From Botryllus schlosseri (lineage: Eukaryota), in contig CM119372.1 of NCBI GenBank assembly GCA_051294905.1, positions 6,820,001 through 6,884,000 of the forward strand: DNA of 64,000 nucleotides. Reading direction: 5' to 3'. Shown piece by piece: positions 22,998-64,000 of this stretch. The notes under the pieces were generated by a model. It ran no database searches, was not told the DNA's origin, and saw only the letters and a list, made by a program, of their open reading frames with translations. Numbering within the stretch: position 1 is the first letter of the stretch; each line of letters begins with the position of its first letter. The translations under genes were made by a program, and so were the position numbers.

Positions 22998-23502
22998 TAG
23001 GGCTGGGCACAATGATTCGAGTACTCGAATCTGAATCGAGTATTAATTTTAATGATTCGAGTCGAGTAGTAAAATACGATTTTTTTCGAGTACTGAAATT
23101 ATACTCTCCTCGCCACTGAAAGCTAAGTTATCAACGAGAATCGATACTAATTTTCACTGCTGAAGCCTGGGAGCCTCTATTGGCCGTATCGTAGCATACG
23201 AAACATATAGTACAAAGCTACTAACGTTACTAGAAATAACCCAGTTCCGAAGTCATGATCATCCCACAACTTTGTCACCAAGTGCAATGAAATCGGCATG
23301 GTCGAAAAAATACCAAAATCTCTTTAATGTGATGGATAACATGAATTATAGTCTTTGTGGTCGCATAAAAGGTACAGATTTGAAATTCGACATATTACAT
23401 TCTGTTGTGACGCTATAATGGGTGATACTCGATTACTCGACTCGAAGCATTTCACGTGATTCAGAATCGAATCACTCAGGTACTCGATTTTGCCCAGCCC
23501 TA
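22998..23502 (+). mobile_element. Non-autonomous hAT element, family B copy 2 (505 bp), head-to-tail with copy 1
   Basis: Same TIRs; flanked by ctcacgac (22990-22997) and cccacgac (23503-23510). Confidence 0.93.
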
Positions 23503-24064
23503 CCCACGACCTACCGCTCGAGAAGCCGGACGCATAACCATTACACTATCTCGCTCGGCACATATAAGTTGTCATCGTCGGTACTCAAGTAGAAGTAGAA
23601 GTAGCGACTTACAAGTAAGTAAAAAATTAAGTATTCTAGGCCTGGTTTTACCTAAAAAACTAAAAACGTATAAGTAGTCAATATTTTGACTTAATTAGGC
23701 TAAGTCATAACCACTCGAGGAAGTGGTGCAAGTATAGGCAAAATCGACTTGAAGTAGCCTACTTCGTTACTGACCACTTCTGAGTGCCATCCAGTGTCAT
23801 GCGGTGGGGTTTATGATTCGGCAAGCAGATTCAGATTTGCAAATACAGTATATCAAACTTAAAATATATTAGCTGATTCAGTTGACGACATTTTTGTTAT
23901 CGAGTTTATTATTACCGTTTCTTGGGGAAATATATCCACACGGAAATTTCCTAATATGAATATTATGGATTTCAGTGCTTAGTAAGACATTAGACATAAA
24001 CAGGTAAGTTTGGAGTGCGCTTTTACCTAATCCGGCTCGTTCGTGAATCGCATGATGGTTTAGG

Positions 24065-24740
24065 GCAGCCCTTGGCAAAGTGCGGCCCGCGGAGGTATTC
24101 TGAGTGGCCCACGAAAAGATGCTTGGAATTCAAAACATAAAACCTACTTTTTAATGTTGCTGCGTGGACCAAAACCATAGGCTGTATAAATTGAATCGGA
24201 AATTCGTTTACTTGAAAGTCTGTTGTTCATTAATATGCCGTGATTACGTAGCCTGTGTACTTCACATGCGTAGTCCAGATTCAAAATAGAGCCAATGTAG
24301 CAAAGTATGCCGTAACAATTTAAGTCACAAGAAGTCCCCCTTTCTATGTAGTTTAGTTTTAGTTTACACCTTCTTTGTTGCCATTGTCACATCACACGTA
24401 ATGTGCTTGGAGTTGTTACGTGATACGTTTCCAAATCTCGTAAAACAAGTCATCCAGTGCTCCTGATTACTATGAGTCATCATCACCCACAAAGGATGAA
24501 CGGACACGGGCATGTCAAAATATAAAGCCGAAAGCTTAAATTCAAAGGTTGGGAGCACTAAATATTTGGTTACTGGAGTCAGGGGTAAACCCGCAATTTC
24601 AGTTTGTGCCGAGCAGGTGGCCATGTTTAAGGAGTATAATTTTAGTCTGTCTTGTGACAAAAGCACAAAGAAAGACACTCGGTCAAGGGAGGGCGAATTT
24701 CAGAAAGACTCCAAGCTTCGCTAAACGACAAGGCTAATTC
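24065..24740 (+). mobile_element. Decayed hAT (SPIN/Buster/GTF2IRD2-like) fragment with N-terminal transposase remnant
   Basis: Left-end motif gtgcggcccgcgg; ORF 24512-24724 contains KYLVTGVRGKP..VCAEQVAMFKEYNF, resembling the BED-finger N-terminus of SPIN-type transposases (recalled motif). Confidence 0.7.
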
Positions 24741-25267
24741 ACCAAGCTGCACAATGCTCGGAAGGCAGCATTTGTGGTATCCCAAATACACTTTATTGCT
24801 TTAGAAAAACGCGGATGCTTTAACAGAACAACGCGGATAGGGGTTTAAAGGGAGTTTAAAATGTAACATGTTCAACATTATTCTGAATTATGGCGGCCAA
24901 TTATTATTATTATTTTTAGGGCAAGTTTTTGCAACTTTTGCAATTTTTTTACAGCTTCCGGCAGCTTCCTAAATACACGGAAGTTTTGTAGCATGGTGTT
25001 TTAAGCCGTTTGGATGATTATTTCACTGTCGTTTAAATTTGAGGTCCTTTTCTGATTATATTTTCACCGGATCAGATTTTTCAGTCTAATGATTTTGTTG
25101 AAGGCGCCAACATTGGGTTTTTCTACAGTGCCTTGGATACGGATCGATTCCAGTATCTCATACCCTAATAATTTCAAGGAACTTGTCCATGAATGCAACT
25201 TTTTAGTGCAACTTTGTGAAATATAAATGCGGCTTTCCACGAATTTGACTGCAACAAAAACCTGCCC

Positions 25268-25725
25268 GAGTTACTACCATATGTCCTTCTTTTTCAGGAA
25301 ATTGAAAATGTCCTCCGAGGACGCATAAATGTCCTCCGTTTTGGGAATTCGACCTCATTTACAGCTTTCACAGCTAGGCTAATGGACAAGGTCAACTGAA
25401 AATCGGCATAAATGACGCGAAACAGGTAATGGGGACGTTCGAGCGGGTCATTCAGGAGTTGAGTCACAGTGAAGACCTTTTTTGTTCAACACCACAAAAG
25501 AAACGTAAAAAAGCGGGTAATTCGGAAGCCGACGACCTTTTTTTATTCAACACCACTGAAATATCGTAAAAAGTGGGTATTGTGGGACAGTCAAGACTTT
25601 TTTAGTGAACACAACAAGATTTCCAGTAAATATTTCGAAATCAGCTGTTTTCAATTTTGGTAAACTAAATTTCAGGGTTTTTAAAAAGCTTCCTCATTTC
25701 CGGAGTCGAAAATATGGTAACTCTA
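25268..25725. mobile_element. Degenerate hAT-like MITE (tagggtNaccata-type ends); related left end at 11363
   Basis: Right end atatggtaactcta; shared gtcctc/gaggacgc blocks with 11363-11460. Confidence 0.45.
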
Positions 25726-25862
25726 CGTATTACCAGACTTTTAGTTCGCTACGGAAAGACTGTTTGCCTGTGAAATATATGTAACGATGACATGTAGGGG
25801 TAGCTTATAACGATTAAATTGCCTGTAGATGACAGGACGTCTTGGAGGCGAAGCCCTCGTTT

Positions 25863-26112
25863 GATAGTGTGATGGTGATGCACCTGGCTTCTTGATTTTC
25901 AGGTCGTGGGTTCGATTCCCGGCGGGGTCAGACGCAAGACTCGAAAACTGGTATCCGCGGCTATCCTGCTAGTCGCTCAGCGCCCACAAACGGAATGGAG
26001 GAGAAAGGAACGGGGGTGCAGAGTGGGTGACCTTACGGTCGTATCGCATCTCCGTCGTCAAAGCATCTCGATGGTGCAGGCGAAAACGACTGCCCATTTC
26101 TACCTATCTCTC
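25863..26112 (+). mobile_element. Intact tRNA-derived SINE
   Basis: A box gatagtgtgatgg, B box ggttcgattccc, body shared with 22236-23550, ends in tctctc. Confidence 0.9.
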
Positions 26113-27746
26113 AGTAGTTGTGTTTGGGCCGGTACCATCATTATTATAGTTAATTAATTTTATATTTATTACTTTTAATATTTGCCCCCCCCCGATATAT
26201 TTTTATGGCTACGCTACTGGTTGACCGCCGCAACTTCACAATTCATACTGCCTCGTTGGTTCGCGAAGTTGAGAGCAGATAGCACATTGTTTCACTTTGC
26301 TGCGATTGTCGGAGTACTAGGCCAACAATCTGTGGGGCAGATTTATTTGCGGGCTGGTTTTGGTGTGCGATATGTGCTGCAATAGCATTCGATCGATACC
26401 AGGTATTAGCAATTCTGGGCTTGCGCCGCTATCAAAGGTGGCGTCGATGGCTCGGCGCTGCCCACCTTCACTTTCGTCCCATTTGTGAACAATAGCCTAA
26501 TTATGATAATTGCGTAATTTGGGGTGCAAAAATATTCACAATTACTCATTCATGAACATTAGTGGACAAATACTAATAACCGTTGAAGGTTGTCACTATT
26601 TTGTTTTATTTATTATGACGGTAGGTGTTGCCCTGTCTCACTTTGCTTTCCCTGATCGCGCGTCACTGGTGTCACCGTTGCTGGCATGAAATTTTTGGTG
26701 CTCGGAAGCAATGGCCTTGTGCACCAGGTCAATTAGTTATATATGCATTATTCCATTAAATCTTTCTTCTGGACAACAAAACAAATTCTATTGCCGAGGA
26801 AATCGTGGCGGGAAGGGTCAGTATGTTTTCTATGAGGAAAGGCACGCCGTGTTCGCGAGCTACGCCTTCCAGGTACTCCCGTTCTCATGAATATTTAGGG
26901 TAATGAATGAGGAAATGTTCCAGTTTCTTGCCGCTGACAAGTACGACATAGCCCGTCTTCGTGGCTTCCAATTCGAAGCAGGTTGTTGGCAAGTCGGCAA
27001 TGCCCCGTCTGTAGACGTACGAGGACTGACGATTGGATTCGTAACGATAGCGGGAAACCGGGATTTCGTTATGCTGCGAGAAAATTCGCTTGGATTGGGG
27101 ATCGTCCGTATGCTCCTTGATCTTGCCAATCCATTTCTCACATTGTTTGGAGACGCGAACTTTGGCTTACGAATAATCGAACACGTTCGAAATTTGTTGT
27201 CTTGAATTCAGGACAAGACGCTTCATATTGGCGACCTACTTTCATGACCTAAAACGTCGTGACCCGACATTCGAATGTAACAAAATCACTCCACAACATA
27301 TTCACTAATATTCATATATATTATAAAATATTTCTACCGTAACTACTCCTCTAGGCATTGCGTCAAACAAAGAAGGAAACGACACGAGTGCGAAACTATG
27401 TAGAGGACGCCATTTGATCAATTTCACAGTGAAGACAAACATTTGGTGAATTTTTATGGATGCTATGAAAATTACTTTGGTCATGAAATCACACGAAAAG
27501 ATTAATAAGATATTTTCATATTATCGATATTTAAAGGTGAAAAGTGCTGTTTCTATCGACCAAAGAGCAAAATTATTTGGTATATGTTCCTTAATTCCGC
27601 GGCTATCACAGAGAGACAAAAGACAGATATACGAGATAGCTGGCTACGCTTTTTTAGATCTAGAATCGAGCCTATTCTAATATTTTCATTTTTGTGTGTC
27701 TTGAACAAAAACTATAAACAATAAACAAAAGGTAACGTAAACACCA

Positions 27747-63391
<35,645 letters not shown>

Positions 63392-63519
63392 CTGTACGTG
63401 AATAGCGTCAACAGAATTTTGACATTACACAATAACAACCGCGCAAAGCAACCCGCGTTATTGAACATTACTCATGTCCATATTACTCAATTTCTATTAC
63501 TAATTCCTAAAACGGATTT

Positions 63520-63828
63520 ACAATTAAGTTCCATTCGCCGCCAATATCCTAATAATTTATCCCTTTACCATTCCACGACCGAACATATCGATCTCGCCTA
63601 CCGTCACATGCCACCTTATTTTGTCGCCTGTCCTTTTATCTTAACTTCTTTTACTTTTCATTCAGTGTGCACGCCACCTCTTTACATCGCCTAGGTCCAG
63701 GTGGGTGTCTGATTTCAAAGACTACTCCAAGTCGTTTCGACACCTTCCTATTCTTTTGTTGTGTCGCAGTCTTGTAGTGTTTTGAAATGATGAAATTTTA
63801 ATACTGAACTGAACTGAATTGAACTGAT
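63520..63828 (+). mobile_element. LINE 3' end, (ACTGA)n tail
   Basis: catatcgatctc...ccaggtgggtgtctgatttcaaagactactccaagtcgtttcgac...actgaactgaactgaa; the reverse complement of the 35241-35500 type. Confidence 0.82.
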
Positions 63829-64000
63829 TTGATTAAAGCACATAATGGAAAGTTATTGAAGAAGAACAGTTCAGACTAAATCAATTTACTGACGTCCAAA
63901 TACATACCGTTTATTTTCAATTGCGCTACAATTAATGGGTACCGATGTAATAATGTAATACTTCTACTTTTTGCAGTACTCAAGTAGTTTCCAAACTTGA

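Larger units (their letters stand above)
22236..23550 (-). mobile_element. tRNA-derived SINE with (TC)n tail, split at the B box by two hAT copies
   Basis: 5' piece gatagtgtaatggttatgcg...ggtcgtggg (23550-23503); 3' piece gtcgtgagttcgatcccc...gcaggcgaaaa and a (tc)n tail (22474-22236); colinear with the intact copy at 25863-26112. Confidence 0.9.

Noticed and set aside
25863-25935. tRNA gene
   Set aside because: A and B boxes are present but there is no convincing cloverleaf, and it continues into a multicopy body with a (TC)n tail, so it is a SINE head.

Overview
AT-rich eukaryotic genomic DNA, most likely an invertebrate chordate (ascidian-like; inferred from the RAR sequence and the many 60-80 nt introns). 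Two minus-strand multi-exon genes fill the window. The first is a retinoic acid receptor (RAR): five exons covering the DBD, hinge and LBD to helix 9 lie at 4790-18163, and no later LBD exon was found in 1-4789, so the gene probably runs off the left edge. The second is the 3' part of an inner-arm axonemal dynein heavy chain (DNAH7-like): 58 exons traced in frame from 63391 to the stop at 27747, including two GC-AG introns. The introns carry many non-autonomous hAT elements (six with verified 8-bp TSDs), tRNA-derived SINEs, CR1/L2-type LINE 3' ends and elements with telomere-like repeats. The most interesting signals are in the RAR locus: (1) the retinoic-acid-anchoring Arg of helix 5 is Ser while a new Arg appears at the adjacent helix-3 pocket position; (2) perfect DR5 and DR2 RAREs and a dense half-site cluster suggest autoregulation; (3) an inverted ~1-kb hAT pair brackets a 558-nt three-exon cassette that could circularise into a stop-free ORF; (4) a candidate 18-nt microexon falls in the P-box helix; (5) a tandem hAT dimer with three TSD copies sits in a SINE B-box. 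All splice and alignment calls were made by eye without database searches.
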